A model generated the notes under the pieces. The model did not search any database. It was given only the letters and a program-made list of their open reading frames with translations, and was not told where the DNA came from. Of a stretch of DNA of 55,684 nucleotides, positions 1 through 9,320 are shown in pieces. The position numbers were made by a program, and so were the translations under genes. The stretch's first letter is position 1; every line of letters starts with the position of its first letter. Origin of the DNA: a virus (Duplodnaviria > Caudoviricetes); IMG/VR virus record IMGVR_UViG_3300037991_000591, positions 1 through 55,684 of that record, one strand, 5' to 3'.

Positions 1-528
1 TTTCCATGTCCAGTTAATAAATTAAAAGGACAGTTGTTAGATAATATAGGTATGGAGTGGGAAACAGAACACGGTACCTTACACATTAGCAAACAAACTA
101 TTAAATGGATAATGGATAATGTTAAAACATCTATGTATAATAATAATAGATGTTATGTTTACAACAAAGCTTTTGCTAGAGCTTATGATAATAGAGATAT
201 GTTTACAGAACCTAAAATGGTTCAATGTGAAGATGATGCTATGTTCAGCAGAATTAGAGAATGGGCGCAAGACAGAGGGTTATATGATGAAGGCAATGCA
301 CATACTCAATATGTAAAACTTCAAGAAGAAGCTGGTGAATTAGCTAAAGCATTACTTAAAAATGATAAACCTGAAATTATAGATGCTATTGGTGATATGG
401 TTGTTGTACTAACAAATTTGTCACACATGCAAGGTGTTACAATTGAAGAATGTATTGATAGTGCTTATAAAGTTATTAGTAAAAGAACAGGTAAAATGAT
501 TAACGGAACATTTGTAAAAGATGAATAA
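1..528 (+). CDS. MazG-like nucleotide pyrophosphohydrolase domain protein (5'-truncated)
   Basis: Frame is open from base 1. C-terminal KLQEEAGELAKA...IIDAIGD matches the MazG EExxE/ExxD helical motif. Confidence 0.8.
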   Translation, partial: FPCPVNKLKGQLLDNIGMEWETEHGTLHISKQTIKWIMDNVKTSMYNNNRCYVYNKAFARAYDNRDMFTEPKMVQCEDDAMFSRIREWAQDRGLYDEGNAHTQYVKLQEEAGELAKALLKNDKPEIIDAIGDMVVVLTNLSHMQGVTIEECIDSAYKVISKRTGKMINGTFVKDE

Positions 529-826
529 TTACGTAGTAAAGACTAAAGATAAAATCGTAGAACAAGTTATCGAAAAGATAGATCAACGTAGTCTGGTTGG
601 TCAAAAGAAATACGGTGCTATGATGATGGAAGAGGTTGAGGGTAAAGATAAAGATCTTAATGACTTTCTAACTGATGTACAAGAAGAAATAATGGATGCT
701 TTATTATATATACAAGCAGCAAGACATTGCTTACGTGATGAGGTTGAAGAGTGTATGATAAATAGAATGAATGTAATAGGCCAAAACGGTAATGACGGTT
801 TGCATTATGAAGAAGAAGAATTATAG
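521..826 (+). CDS. Hypothetical protein (possible all-alpha nucleotide hydrolase-like)
   Basis: 101-aa ORF coupled to neighbours; GQKKYG...QEEIMDALLY motif. Confidence 0.6.
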   Translation: MNNYVVKTKDKIVEQVIEKIDQRSLVGQKKYGAMMMEEVEGKDKDLNDFLTDVQEEIMDALLYIQAARHCLRDEVEECMINRMNVIGQNGNDGLHYEEEEL

Positions 827-1256
827 AAGAAAACGTGGACCAGTACAAGCAAAGAAGGTAACATATGATGGTATCAAATTTGCTTCTGGTCTTGAACGTT
901 ATATGTACATGGCTTTAAAAAAAGCAAAGATCAAAGCTAAATACGAAGGTAAAACATTTGAAATAGTATCTGGCTTTGACTTTATAAACCCTTGTTATGC
1001 AAGAACAGCTAACGGTAAAGGAGAATTTAAACAACGTGGTGGTAAAAAAATACTACCAATTAAATATACTCCTGATTTTATTGGTAAAGACTTTATAATT
1101 GAATGTAAAGGTAGAGCTAATGAATCATTTCCTTTACGTTGGAAATTATTTAAAAAATATTTAGTAGATAATAAATTATATCCAATATTATATAAACCAC
1201 AAAATCAAAAAGAATGCGACAGAACAATAGAGTTAATCCTAAGCTCGCAAAAGTAA
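807..1256 (+). CDS. T7 endonuclease I-like PD-(D/E)XK nuclease (Holliday junction resolvase)
   Basis: FASGLE, YTPDF and IECKG motifs. Start placed at ATG 807. Confidence 0.8.
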   Translation: MKKKNYRRKRGPVQAKKVTYDGIKFASGLERYMYMALKKAKIKAKYEGKTFEIVSGFDFINPCYARTANGKGEFKQRGGKKILPIKYTPDFIGKDFIIECKGRANESFPLRWKLFKKYLVDNKLYPILYKPQNQKECDRTIELILSSQK

Positions 1257-1387
1257 TAGCTAGGAAAAAGTACGCTGAAAGACAAATTGACAAGTGGGTT
1301 AAATGGTCTTGGCAACAAAGAGGAAAAGTTAAATATAAAGAACTGGTCAAATATCAAGATCAGTATAATATAAAAGTTTATGGATAA
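1214..1387 (+). CDS. Small basic hypothetical protein (57 aa)
   Basis: Hand-translated MRQNNRVNPKLAKVIARKKYAERQIDKWVKW...IKVYG*; fills the gap in the ORF track. Confidence 0.6.
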   Translation: MRQNNRVNPKLAKVIARKKYAERQIDKWVKWSWQQRGKVKYKELVKYQDQYNIKVYG

Positions 1388-1529
1388 TAAAGAAAAATGG
1401 AACTGGTCTTTATCAATAGGTTTTTATCCAGGTATATTATTTGGTATAAGAGCTTATGAAGAACAAAATCAATTAACATATGTGTTGTATCTACCTTTTG
1501 TAGATATAGCATTTGAAATGCCTTATTAA
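1380..1529 (+). CDS. Small hypothetical protein (49 aa)
   Basis: Hand-translated MDNKEKWNWSLSIGFYPGILFGIRAY...EMPY*; stop lies 1 nt before the nrdB ATG. Confidence 0.6.
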   Translation: MDNKEKWNWSLSIGFYPGILFGIRAYEEQNQLTYVLYLPFVDIAFEMPY

Positions 1530-1530
1530 T

Positions 1531-2499
1531 ATGAGTTTATTTAAAGAAAGAATACCATACAAACCTTTTGAATACCCTATATATTATACAGAAGGTTGGT
1601 TAAAGCAAGCTCAAGCATTTTGGCTACACACAGAAATACCTATGTCAGGTGATGTGAAAGACTGGAATGAAAAGCTTACTGAGCCAGAAAAAAATTTAGT
1701 AGGTAATATACTATTAGGTTTTGCTCAAACAGAATGTGCGGTATCAGATTACTGGACACAAAAAGTCGTATCATGGTTTCCAAAACACGAAGTGCAACAG
1801 ATGGCTATGATGTTCGGCTCACAAGAAACAATACATGCTGTTGCATATAGTTATTTAAATGAAACACTTGGACTGGAAGACTTTGAAGCGTTTCTTCACG
1901 AACCGGCAACATCGGAAAGATTTGATAATCTGGTTAGCTATGACGGGAATGATCCTGTGGGGATTGGTCGCAGCTTGGCAGTATTTTCCGCCTTCGCAGA
2001 AGGTGTTAGTCTGTATTCAGCTTTTGCTGTTTTATACTCTTTTCAGCTACGTAACCTTCTCAAGGGCATAGGTCAGCAAATGAAATGGAGTGTAAGAGAC
2101 GAGTCATTACATAGTAGAATGGGTTGTCAATTATATAGACACATGTGTGAAGAACTACCCAATTTAAAAGAAGATTGTAAAGAAGATATATATTCAGCTG
2201 CTAAAATAATGGTTGAACTTGAAGAAAAATATATCGACAAAATGTTTGAAATGGGTGATATAGAGAATTTAAAGTCATACGATTTAAAACAATTTATAAG
2301 AAAAAGAACAAATGAAAAATTATCAGAACTTGGTTACACGGATAAAAGAAGATTTTTCCAATATGACAAAGACGCAGCGTCTAATCTTGATTGGTTCTAT
2401 CATCTCACTGGGGGTCACACTCACACTGACTTTTTTGCGATTAGGCCAACTGATTACAGTAAAGCAAACGAAAATGAAGATTTTGAAGACATTTGGTAG
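1531..2499 (+). CDS. nrdB: Ribonucleotide reductase class Ia beta subunit
   Basis: YKPFEYP, AFW, QETIHAVAYSY (Fe ligands and radical Tyr), EGVSLYSAF, RDESLH, DFF. Confidence 0.95.
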   Translation: MSLFKERIPYKPFEYPIYYTEGWLKQAQAFWLHTEIPMSGDVKDWNEKLTEPEKNLVGNILLGFAQTECAVSDYWTQKVVSWFPKHEVQQMAMMFGSQETIHAVAYSYLNETLGLEDFEAFLHEPATSERFDNLVSYDGNDPVGIGRSLAVFSAFAEGVSLYSAFAVLYSFQLRNLLKGIGQQMKWSVRDESLHSRMGCQLYRHMCEELPNLKEDCKEDIYSAAKIMVELEEKYIDKMFEMGDIENLKSYDLKQFIRKRTNEKLSELGYTDKRRFFQYDKDAASNLDWFYHLTGGHTHTDFFAIRPTDYSKANENEDFEDIW

Positions 2500-2722
2500 T
2501 ATACCAAACGACAAATTATTACACTTCTTTTATGGATCAATATTAAGTTTTATATTTTTGTTCCTAATAGGAGTAGACGGTTTATGGTTGACAGTATTAA
2601 TTGCTGCAGCTAAAGAGTTAGTTTATGATTTATACTTAGGCAAGGGTAATCCAGAGGTTATGGACTTTGTTTATACATGTATACCAGCAGGTATGTTTCT
2701 AATAATGCATTATATGATATGA
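2474..2722 (+). CDS. Small membrane protein
   Basis: DKLLHF followed by 2-3 hydrophobic segments and KELVYD; ATG at 2474. Confidence 0.65.
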   Translation: MKILKTFGSIPNDKLLHFFYGSILSFIFLFLIGVDGLWLTVLIAAAKELVYDLYLGKGNPEVMDFVYTCIPAGMFLIMHYMI

Positions 2723-2952
2723 TAAATTTTTTTAGATATACAAATAAACTAACCAGTTATCAAAAGTTCGCGTCACGTATAGGATATATGGGCGCGGCTT
2801 TTTTAATGGCTGGACAATGGACGCTTGAACCTATATTATTTATAATAGGTTTTATATGTGTTATAATACAAGTGTCATCACGTAAACAATGGAACTTAGT
2901 AGCTTTAAACTTAAATGGTTTAGCTGCTTGGATAAATCACTTTATAAAATGA
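2719..2952 (+). CDS. Small membrane protein
   Basis: ATGA-coupled on both sides; hydrophobic segments GYMGAAFLMAG and ILFIIGFICVIIQV. Confidence 0.65.
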   Translation: MINFFRYTNKLTSYQKFASRIGYMGAAFLMAGQWTLEPILFIIGFICVIIQVSSRKQWNLVALNLNGLAAWINHFIK

Positions 2953-3197
2953 AAGAAAATAAAATATTTAGTAAAATAAATGAGTTGCAAAAAAAATGCG
3001 ATGCTATAACTAATGTTATGCAAAACCTTATTCATGAAATTCAAAAAAATGCTAGTATAGCAGGTGGTACATTAACCGCTTTACAACTACATGTTGGAGA
3101 AGAAGAATGGGGAAAAATTATAGATGAATTAAAAGATAAAGAAAAACGCTTATTAACAGAAAAAGATGTGGAAAAAGGAGTGGAAAAAAGGAGTTGA
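2949..3197 (+). CDS. Hypothetical coiled-coil protein
   Basis: ATGA overlap at 2949; heptad-like sequence. Confidence 0.6.
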   Translation: MKENKIFSKINELQKKCDAITNVMQNLIHEIQKNASIAGGTLTALQLHVGEEEWGKIIDELKDKEKRLLTEKDVEKGVEKRS

Positions 3198-4860
3198 TTA
3201 CCCTGTTTGGGGTGATACAGAAGTATATAAGAAAACTATTGGTGGAGGTTATTTATATAATGGAGAAACACCACGTGACGCTTATATGCGTGTTGCTACT
3301 ACTGTAGCTAAAAGATTAAAAAAACCAGAATATGCTGAAACATTTTTTGATTACATATGGAAAGGCTGGCTTTGCTTGGCTTCGCCAGTTCTTAGCAACA
3401 CTGGTACAGATCGCGGCTTGCCTATTAGTTGCTTTGGTATTGATGTTGCTGATTCAATTATAGATATTGGACAGAAAAACTTAGAGATGATGCTACTCGC
3501 TAAGCACGGCGGTGGAGTTGGTATCGGTATAAATCAAATCAGACCCGCTGGCGCTAAAATAACAGGAAATGGAACAAGCGACGGAGTTGTGCCTTTTTGT
3601 AAAATATACGATAGCACAATACTTGCCACTAATCAAGGATCTGTCAGACGAGGAGCTGCATCAGTTAACATTAACATTGACCACCCCGATTTTGAAGAGT
3701 GGCTCGAGATTAGAGAACCTAAAGGAGACATTAACAGACAATCGCTTAACCTACATCAATGCGCTGTCGTCGGCGATAAATTCATGCGAAGACTTGAAGG
3801 AGGCGATTCAGAAGCTAGAAAGAAGTGGGGAAAGTTATTACAAAAACGTAAAGCGACTGGAGAACCTTATATACTTTTTAAAGGTAACACTAACAAACAA
3901 AATCCACCGGCTTACAAAGACAACGCTTTAAAAGTACATATGACAAACATATGTAGTGAAATAGTTTTACACACAGATGAAAATCATAGCTTTGTATGTT
4001 GTCTATCTAGTTTAAACCTAGCTAAGTATGACGAGTGGAAAAATACAAATATCATTTATGATTCAATATGGTTCTTAGATGGAGTACTTGAAGAGTTTAT
4101 ACAAAGATCTAAATACAGGAAAGGTTTTGAAAACGCTGTAAGATCTGCTGAAAAAGGTAGAGCATTAGGTTTAGGTGTACTCGGATGGCATACTTATTTA
4201 CAAGAAAAAGGTTTACCATTTGAAGGTTTATTATCACAATATGAAACAAGAAGAATTTTTAGTCAAATCAAAATCGAATCTGAACGAGCTAGTATGGCTC
4301 TTGCAGATGCTTTTGGAGAACCTCTTTGGTGTGTTGGTACTGGTATGCGTAATACCCATCTTCGCGCTATTGCTCCCACTGTTAGTAATTCTAAACTTTC
4401 TGGAAACATATCTCCCGGGATTGAACCCTGGGCGGCTAATGTATTTACAGAACAGTCAGCTAAAGGCACGTTCATTAGGAAAAATCCTACACTGGTTAAA
4501 GTTTTGGAAAAGATAGGTATTAACAACAAAGAGACATGGGACAAAATATTAGCAGATGGTGGTTCGGTTCAAGATATAAAAGAATTAGACGAAGATACCA
4601 AAGAAATATTTAAAACATTTAAAGAAATAAATCAACTAGAGTTAGTTAGACAAGCTGGAGTTAGACAGCAATATATAGATCAAAGTGTAAGTTTAAACTT
4701 AGCCTTTCCATCAGAAGCAAATCCTAAATGGATTAATCAAGTTCATCTTGATGCTTGGAAAAAAGGTATTAAAACCTTATACTATATGAGAACCGAATCA
4801 GTACTACGTGGAGATATAGCAAGTAAAGCTATGGAAGACTGCGTTGCTTGTGACGGATAA
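3166..4860 (+). CDS. nrdA: Ribonucleotide reductase class Ia alpha subunit (no ATP cone)
   Basis: ISCF, GGGVG, RRGA, TNICSE, CCLSSLNL, APT, DQSVS, KTLYY and C-terminal CVAC. Confidence 0.95.
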   Translation: MWKKEWKKGVDYPVWGDTEVYKKTIGGGYLYNGETPRDAYMRVATTVAKRLKKPEYAETFFDYIWKGWLCLASPVLSNTGTDRGLPISCFGIDVADSIIDIGQKNLEMMLLAKHGGGVGIGINQIRPAGAKITGNGTSDGVVPFCKIYDSTILATNQGSVRRGAASVNINIDHPDFEEWLEIREPKGDINRQSLNLHQCAVVGDKFMRRLEGGDSEARKKWGKLLQKRKATGEPYILFKGNTNKQNPPAYKDNALKVHMTNICSEIVLHTDENHSFVCCLSSLNLAKYDEWKNTNIIYDSIWFLDGVLEEFIQRSKYRKGFENAVRSAEKGRALGLGVLGWHTYLQEKGLPFEGLLSQYETRRIFSQIKIESERASMALADAFGEPLWCVGTGMRNTHLRAIAPTVSNSKLSGNISPGIEPWAANVFTEQSAKGTFIRKNPTLVKVLEKIGINNKETWDKILADGGSVQDIKELDEDTKEIFKTFKEINQLELVRQAGVRQQYIDQSVSLNLAFPSEANPKWINQVHLDAWKKGIKTLYYMRTESVLRGDIASKAMEDCVACDG

Positions 4861-4861
4861 T

Positions 4862-4891
4862 AAAAAAGGGAGGCGCAATGCCTCCCTTCTT
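4862..4891. terminator. Bidirectional rho-independent terminator
   Basis: AAGGGAGGC-GCAAT-GCCTCCCTT hairpin (4866-4888) with an A-run on the left and TTCTT on the right, between convergent gene blocks. Confidence 0.85.
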
Positions 4892-4934
4892 GTTACAGGA
4901 TCTTTGGGTATGGTACGCCCATTATATTTTGATC

Positions 4935-5492
4935 CTATTGATTTCTATAGTTTTTTGTTCTTTGATAACCTTTAAATGGATTTAACGGGTGATTTGCATC
5001 TAAACCTGGGTCTTGGTAATCATCTGGTAAATCTCCAGGTTTTGGAATATAACCTCTATACTGACTTTTATCTAAACTTTTAATAAAGCTTTGAACTGGA
5101 ATATCATCATCACCTCTTGGAACATTTAACACTTTTGCTTTACCTGATTTATCAAAATCAACATAATACTCGCCTATTTCCCTCTCATATTCTCTTTTAT
5201 TTTGTTCAGGAGTTAACATGATTTTTTCACGAACTCTTTTTCCATCAGGACCTGTTATAAAAGCACCATCTTCACCACGAATCATACGTCCTGTTTTAAA
5301 CTTTCTATCCATATAAGTTCCTTTAACACTATCAAGCAACCTTGTTGCTTCTGATTTTTCTGCATCTGTAAGTCCACTAACAACTGGATCTCCAGCGCTT
5401 CCTACTACTTGTGAATTCCAACCTCCTGTATGATTATTTTTTAATGGAGTCATGTGTGGTAATTTATAATTACCTATATTAAATTTTTTCAT
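4935..5492 (-). CDS. Hypothetical protein
   Basis: 185-aa ORF, ATGA-coupled to the peptidase; TPLK motif near the N-terminus. Confidence 0.7.
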   Translation of the reverse strand: MKKFNIGNYKLPHMTPLKNNHTGGWNSQVVGSAGDPVVSGLTDAEKSEATRLLDSVKGTYMDRKFKTGRMIRGEDGAFITGPDGKRVREKIMLTPEQNKREYEREIGEYYVDFDKSGKAKVLNVPRGDDDIPVQSFIKSLDKSQYRGYIPKPGDLPDDYQDPGLDANHPLNPFKGYQRTKNYRNQ

Positions 5493-5950
5493 ATTACTTT
5501 GTATTTAGTTTTACCCATGTCATCTTTATAGGCTTTTAAACATCTATTTCTATTATCTTCTTCTGAAACATATGATACATGTATCCAGTTAGGATTCATA
5601 TCTGTACCAAATTCCCATATTAATTGATCAAAATCAAGCATTTCTCTTATATAAGTAAACATTTCAGCGTTAGATCTTCTACCATACACATCATCAATAT
5701 CAATCGCTTGACCCTTACAATGTTGACTGGTTTTACTTCCGCCGATTGCTTCATTAAGTTCTGGTGATCTAAAAAATGAATTTACTTTTATTGGTCCACC
5801 AACCCATTTACGTAATGGCTCAAAAACTTTTTCAGCTAATAGCTTCATATTTTCTACTTGTGTTGGATTTGGTGTATTATCTATTCCTTTACGCTTAGCT
5901 GTTTGTGAATGTATAGCTTCAGCGTAAGTTATGTTATCACTTATTTTCAT
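5489..5950 (-). CDS. Peptidase M15-family Zn peptidase, probable endolysin
   Basis: SFFRSPELN, SQHCKGQAID (HxxxxxxD) and WIHVS motifs. Confidence 0.85.
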   Translation of the reverse strand: MKISDNITYAEAIHSQTAKRKGIDNTPNPTQVENMKLLAEKVFEPLRKWVGGPIKVNSFFRSPELNEAIGGSKTSQHCKGQAIDIDDVYGRRSNAEMFTYIREMLDFDQLIWEFGTDMNPNWIHVSYVSEEDNRNRCLKAYKDDMGKTKYKVI

Positions 5951-6363
5951 TTCTTGCTTTTATTTTTTTGACAAAAGTTTCTAGCAGATTCAACACTACC
6001 AAAACCCCATTTTTTTAAAGCCATAGCTTTTTTAGTTGGTTCGCCTTTAGCATCTTTCATAGCTCCTTTCATACCTGCAAACCTACACGCAAAAGAAACT
6101 CTACGTTTGCTTGTGCCTGACGTTAATCTTTTACCTAATGTTTTACCTGTGTCACGCTTATGTTCAGCTCTCATTTTTCTGTTTTGCTTTTCATAAGCTT
6201 GCTCTTTAATAGCAAGTGGAGCTTTACGTTTAGCTTGTGCTGCTTTAACAGATGCATCATTACCTGTTCCTCTACCTGATATAGGTGCTTGCCTATTTCT
6301 TATACCATTCCATGACTTAGTGTGCATGACAGTAGCATTACAATGTTTGATTGGTGTTTTCAT
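5947..6363 (-). CDS. Basic hypothetical protein
   Basis: TAATG-coupled start at 6363; K/R-rich; RRVSFACRF...ALKKWG. Confidence 0.7.
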   Translation of the reverse strand: MKTPIKHCNATVMHTKSWNGIRNRQAPISGRGTGNDASVKAAQAKRKAPLAIKEQAYEKQNRKMRAEHKRDTGKTLGKRLTSGTSKRRVSFACRFAGMKGAMKDAKGEPTKKAMALKKWGFGSVESARNFCQKNKSKK

Positions 6364-6638
6364 TATTCTCCGCATTTTTTTGATGGATCATCTACTCTTC
6401 TCCAGTCTTCTTTTTCAAACCAGTCACGTAATGTAGCTCCTTTTTTACGAGCTCCTTTTACATTTGTTTTAGATGATCGTTTATATTTACCTTTGGCACC
6501 AGCTGCTTTTTTAGAATTAACTAGCTTTTGTCTTTGTTCTTTACTCATGCTTCTTATTTTAGAAGCTGGTAAACAAGTTTTAGTTGTGCCACCACCTTTT
6601 TGTTTTGTAAACGGTGAATTACTTTGTATATAAGCCAT
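6363..6638 (-). CDS. Basic hypothetical protein
   Basis: 91 aa, K-rich; CLP and LRDWFEKEDW motifs. Confidence 0.7.
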   Translation of the reverse strand: MAYIQSNSPFTKQKGGGTTKTCLPASKIRSMSKEQRQKLVNSKKAAGAKGKYKRSSKTNVKGARKKGATLRDWFEKEDWRRVDDPSKKCGE

Positions 6639-6790
6639 TACTTTTTACCTCCTCCAAATTTACTTGGACCTCCAGCTTTAGTACATCTTACACCCCAACC
6701 TGAAGCATACGCGCTTGGCCAAACTTTAAACTTTCTTTTTGCAGCTGATTTACAAGCTGAACTTATTTTTCCGTATAATGGTGAACTCAT
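6638..6790 (-). CDS. Small basic protein (50 aa)
   Basis: Hand-translated MSSPLYGKISSACKSAAKRKFKVWPSAYASGWGVRCTKAGG...; coupled to the downstream gene. Confidence 0.7.
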   Translation of the reverse strand: MSSPLYGKISSACKSAAKRKFKVWPSAYASGWGVRCTKAGGPSKFGGGKK

Positions 6791-6795
6791 AATAA

Positions 6796-6942
6796 TTAGT
6801 TTTCGCCAAATACCGCGTAAGCATAAACTTTACGTTTCTTGCCAAAAGGTATTGTGGCTATTAATTCTTTTCTTTCTTTAACCAGATCCTCTTCAACTGG
6901 ATAATATTTAGGATTTTTACTATTTAATTTTCTTTTTTTCAT
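6796..6942 (-). CDS. Small hypothetical protein (48 aa)
   Basis: Hand-translated MKKRKLNSKNPKYYPVEE...VFGEN*; TAATG-coupled. Confidence 0.65.
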   Translation of the reverse strand: MKKRKLNSKNPKYYPVEEDLVKERKELIATIPFGKKRKVYAYAVFGEN

Positions 6943-7352
6943 TAAAACTGACTTGCGGTGTTAATTTCATTTATTGCTTCTTGTATTTCATTTAAATCAG
7001 CAGGTAACATAAGATCTAACCCTGCTTTAAAAACAGTTTCTTTAACACCATCTTTAAATATCATAATAGTAGGTGCCATACGTACTCTATATTTCTTTTT
7101 TGTTTCAGGTGCTTTTGCTATATCTACTCTATAGTATATAGCATTTTGTATTTTATCCCAATCAGCAAAACAATTTGCTTCATTAAACTTGGCCCAAAAC
7201 TCTATTACAACTGGTTTGTTTTTATCATCACCAAAAGCTTCATTTGTATTTATAGCATTTTCAAATTCACTATCTTCAATCCAGTATTTATCAGGAACAT
7301 TTTGTTGACTAAATGATAGAAATGGTATTAAAATTAAAATTAAGTATTTCAT
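6942..7352 (-). CDS. Secreted thioredoxin-fold protein lacking CxxC
   Basis: Signal peptide MKYLILILIPFLSFSQ. PVVIEFWA, YRVDI and YRVRMAPTIMIFKDG fit the thioredoxin fold, but WCxxC is replaced by FNEANC. Confidence 0.7.
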   Translation of the reverse strand: MKYLILILIPFLSFSQQNVPDKYWIEDSEFENAINTNEAFGDDKNKPVVIEFWAKFNEANCFADWDKIQNAIYYRVDIAKAPETKKKYRVRMAPTIMIFKDGVKETVFKAGLDLMLPADLNEIQEAINEINTASQF

Positions 7353-7642
7353 TATCTTTGTCTTTGTATATCGTATAATCTTTCGTCTATTTTTTTAAGA
7401 TCTTCTAGTATTTTATCTACATCGTCTTGTGTGTCTATAATTGTTTGACGAATTAATTCATCTTTCAAATCATATTCCACTCTGTCAATAACAGGCTCAG
7501 GCATTTCCATAGCAAGAGCAATGTCAGATTGCAAGGCAAACCACATTGTTGTTAATGATACAACTCCTCCAATTATTAAACCTATTGTCTTAAGGTCAAG
7601 TGTTACCTTAGTGTTTTCTCCAATTTGTGGTGCGCCTGCCAT
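7352..7642 (-). CDS. Single-TM coiled-coil membrane protein
   Basis: TM segment IGLIIGGVVSLTTMWFAL followed by a coiled coil. Confidence 0.65.
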   Translation of the reverse strand: MAGAPQIGENTKVTLDLKTIGLIIGGVVSLTTMWFALQSDIALAMEMPEPVIDRVEYDLKDELIRQTIIDTQDDVDKILEDLKKIDERLYDIQRQR

Positions 7643-7643
7643 T

Positions 7644-8057
7644 TTATTTCTTTTTACTTGCTGTTACTTTACTTTCACCTTTTGTTACTGTAACATCTGT
7701 GTCTGTTACATCAACTTGCATAGGATCATCTTCTTTGTCTGATAATTCTTTAATTAAGCTTTTAATTATTTCTAATTCTGGTTTTTCTTCTTTTTCTTTT
7801 GCACCAACAATATGTTGTAATATACCTATCATTGCCATTGCTGCGGTAGAAACCAAACCAATAACTGCTGTTAAAGCACCACCTTCTAAAAATTGAGAAC
7901 TTACTACCCCAATAATAACTAATATTGTTATATAATTTATAGCATGCTTACCTAAATGTTTTGAAGCTATTTCTTTAGCAGTACTTTTAGCATTTATTTT
8001 ATCAATTTCTATTTGAGCTAAAACTTCTTCTGTTGTTTTTTTATTATTAAATCTCAT
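7644..8057 (-). CDS. Two-TM membrane protein (holin-like candidate)
   Basis: Two hydrophobic helices and a charged C-terminus, in the cluster with the endolysin. Confidence 0.55.
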   Translation of the reverse strand: MRFNNKKTTEEVLAQIEIDKINAKSTAKEIASKHLGKHAINYITILVIIGVVSSQFLEGGALTAVIGLVSTAAMAMIGILQHIVGAKEKEEKPELEIIKSLIKELSDKEDDPMQVDVTDTDVTVTKGESKVTASKKK

Positions 8058-9235
8058 TACTTAAGTGTTATGTTTAATCCTACTGAACTATTATATATTT
8101 TACTATCCCAAAACTTAGTATACTCGCCTTCAACGAATAAACCTATATTTTTACTAAGTTTCCAACCAAATTGTACACCGGCTTGATAATCGCTCCATTG
8201 TTTTTTATCCGCATCTTCTATTAATCCACCAAGTCCCCAATTATCTCTATTAAAATAACTAAAAGCTTCATCACCTTTTACATAGTTATGAAACCCTGGT
8301 AAATAAGATCCATATGCATGAAGCCAAAAATTATTTTTATAATGATAGTAATCAAAACCGATGATAGGAGATATTACACCAAACGTATCTATTTCACTCC
8401 AAATCTCATTATTATAACGGTTCATCAAATCAGTAAATACTGTTTGTCTAAACTGTAAATCTGTATAAGCTACAGTCTCACCCTCTTCATTTATCCAATA
8501 CCAATCAGATACTGTTTCACCTGAGTAATCATCTTCATACGTGTAATATATATCATCATATCCATAGTAAAAACCTAAAGTATACCATGGGTTAACAGCA
8601 TAACCGTCCTCGTCAGTTTCATTTAACCATATCTCTACAGGGTTGTAACCATAAGGACGATCATGAGTTCTATAAATAGCGCCTGCACTTAGAGAGAATT
8701 TTTTACCAATTGGAAGCTTAGCTCTTAGTTCCGCTGATTTATAATCAAAGTTTATTTTACCTTGTTTTCTACTTTCTATTTTCACCATGTGGTATTTACC
8801 ACTATGTTTTAAGAAATATCTGTGATTTTTAAACACATCATCTCTTGATCTTTCTTTTTCAGTATGAAATATATATTCAAAACCTTTAACAGCTGAATTA
8901 GGAGCAACCATAGATACGTTAGATTCAGTACCATCATAGTATTGTTTACCTTTTATTTCATAATCAAACCTTGCTACTTTACGAATACCAAAACCATAAC
9001 GATAATCATAGTCATAATAGTCTGTACCATCTACTACAACAGGCACATCGTATAAGCTACCATTAGGATTTGTTCTTACGAAATAACTAGGAGCGTTTTC
9101 TTTAGAGTTTTTAATATCACCAGACACATACACCGTGCTGTATTTTAAAAAGTCTTTAAATAATTTCTTTTTATCTTGAGCGTTAGCAGATACCGCAATA
9201 ACCGCCACAAACAGGGCAAATAGGGTTTTTTTCAT
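8057..9235 (-). CDS. Putative outer-membrane beta-barrel protein
   Basis: Sec signal (MKKTLFALFVAVIAVSANA-Q), aromatic-rich alternating strands, terminal strand SSVGLNITLK. Confidence 0.6.
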   Translation of the reverse strand: MKKTLFALFVAVIAVSANAQDKKKLFKDFLKYSTVYVSGDIKNSKENAPSYFVRTNPNGSLYDVPVVVDGTDYYDYDYRYGFGIRKVARFDYEIKGKQYYDGTESNVSMVAPNSAVKGFEYIFHTEKERSRDDVFKNHRYFLKHSGKYHMVKIESRKQGKINFDYKSAELRAKLPIGKKFSLSAGAIYRTHDRPYGYNPVEIWLNETDEDGYAVNPWYTLGFYYGYDDIYYTYEDDYSGETVSDWYWINEEGETVAYTDLQFRQTVFTDLMNRYNNEIWSEIDTFGVISPIIGFDYYHYKNNFWLHAYGSYLPGFHNYVKGDEAFSYFNRDNWGLGGLIEDADKKQWSDYQAGVQFGWKLSKNIGLFVEGEYTKFWDSKIYNSSVGLNITLK

Positions 9236-9241
9236 TTCTCA

Positions 9242-9319
9242 TTATTTGTAATTTTTAAACATTAATTTGTAAAGCAATTTGTTCCAAGCTTGCTGCAACT
9301 TGTCAATAAATTTTTTCAT
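9242..9319 (-). CDS. Possible 25-aa amphipathic peptide
   Basis: MKKFIDKLQQAWNKLLYKLMFKNYK*; exactly fills the intergenic gap. Confidence 0.45.
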   Translation of the reverse strand: MKKFIDKLQQAWNKLLYKLMFKNYK

Positions 9320-9320
9320 G

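Noticed and set aside
3569-4516. Alternative-frame ORFs within nrdA
   Set aside because: Short, no motifs, and explained by locally higher GC in a conserved enzyme.
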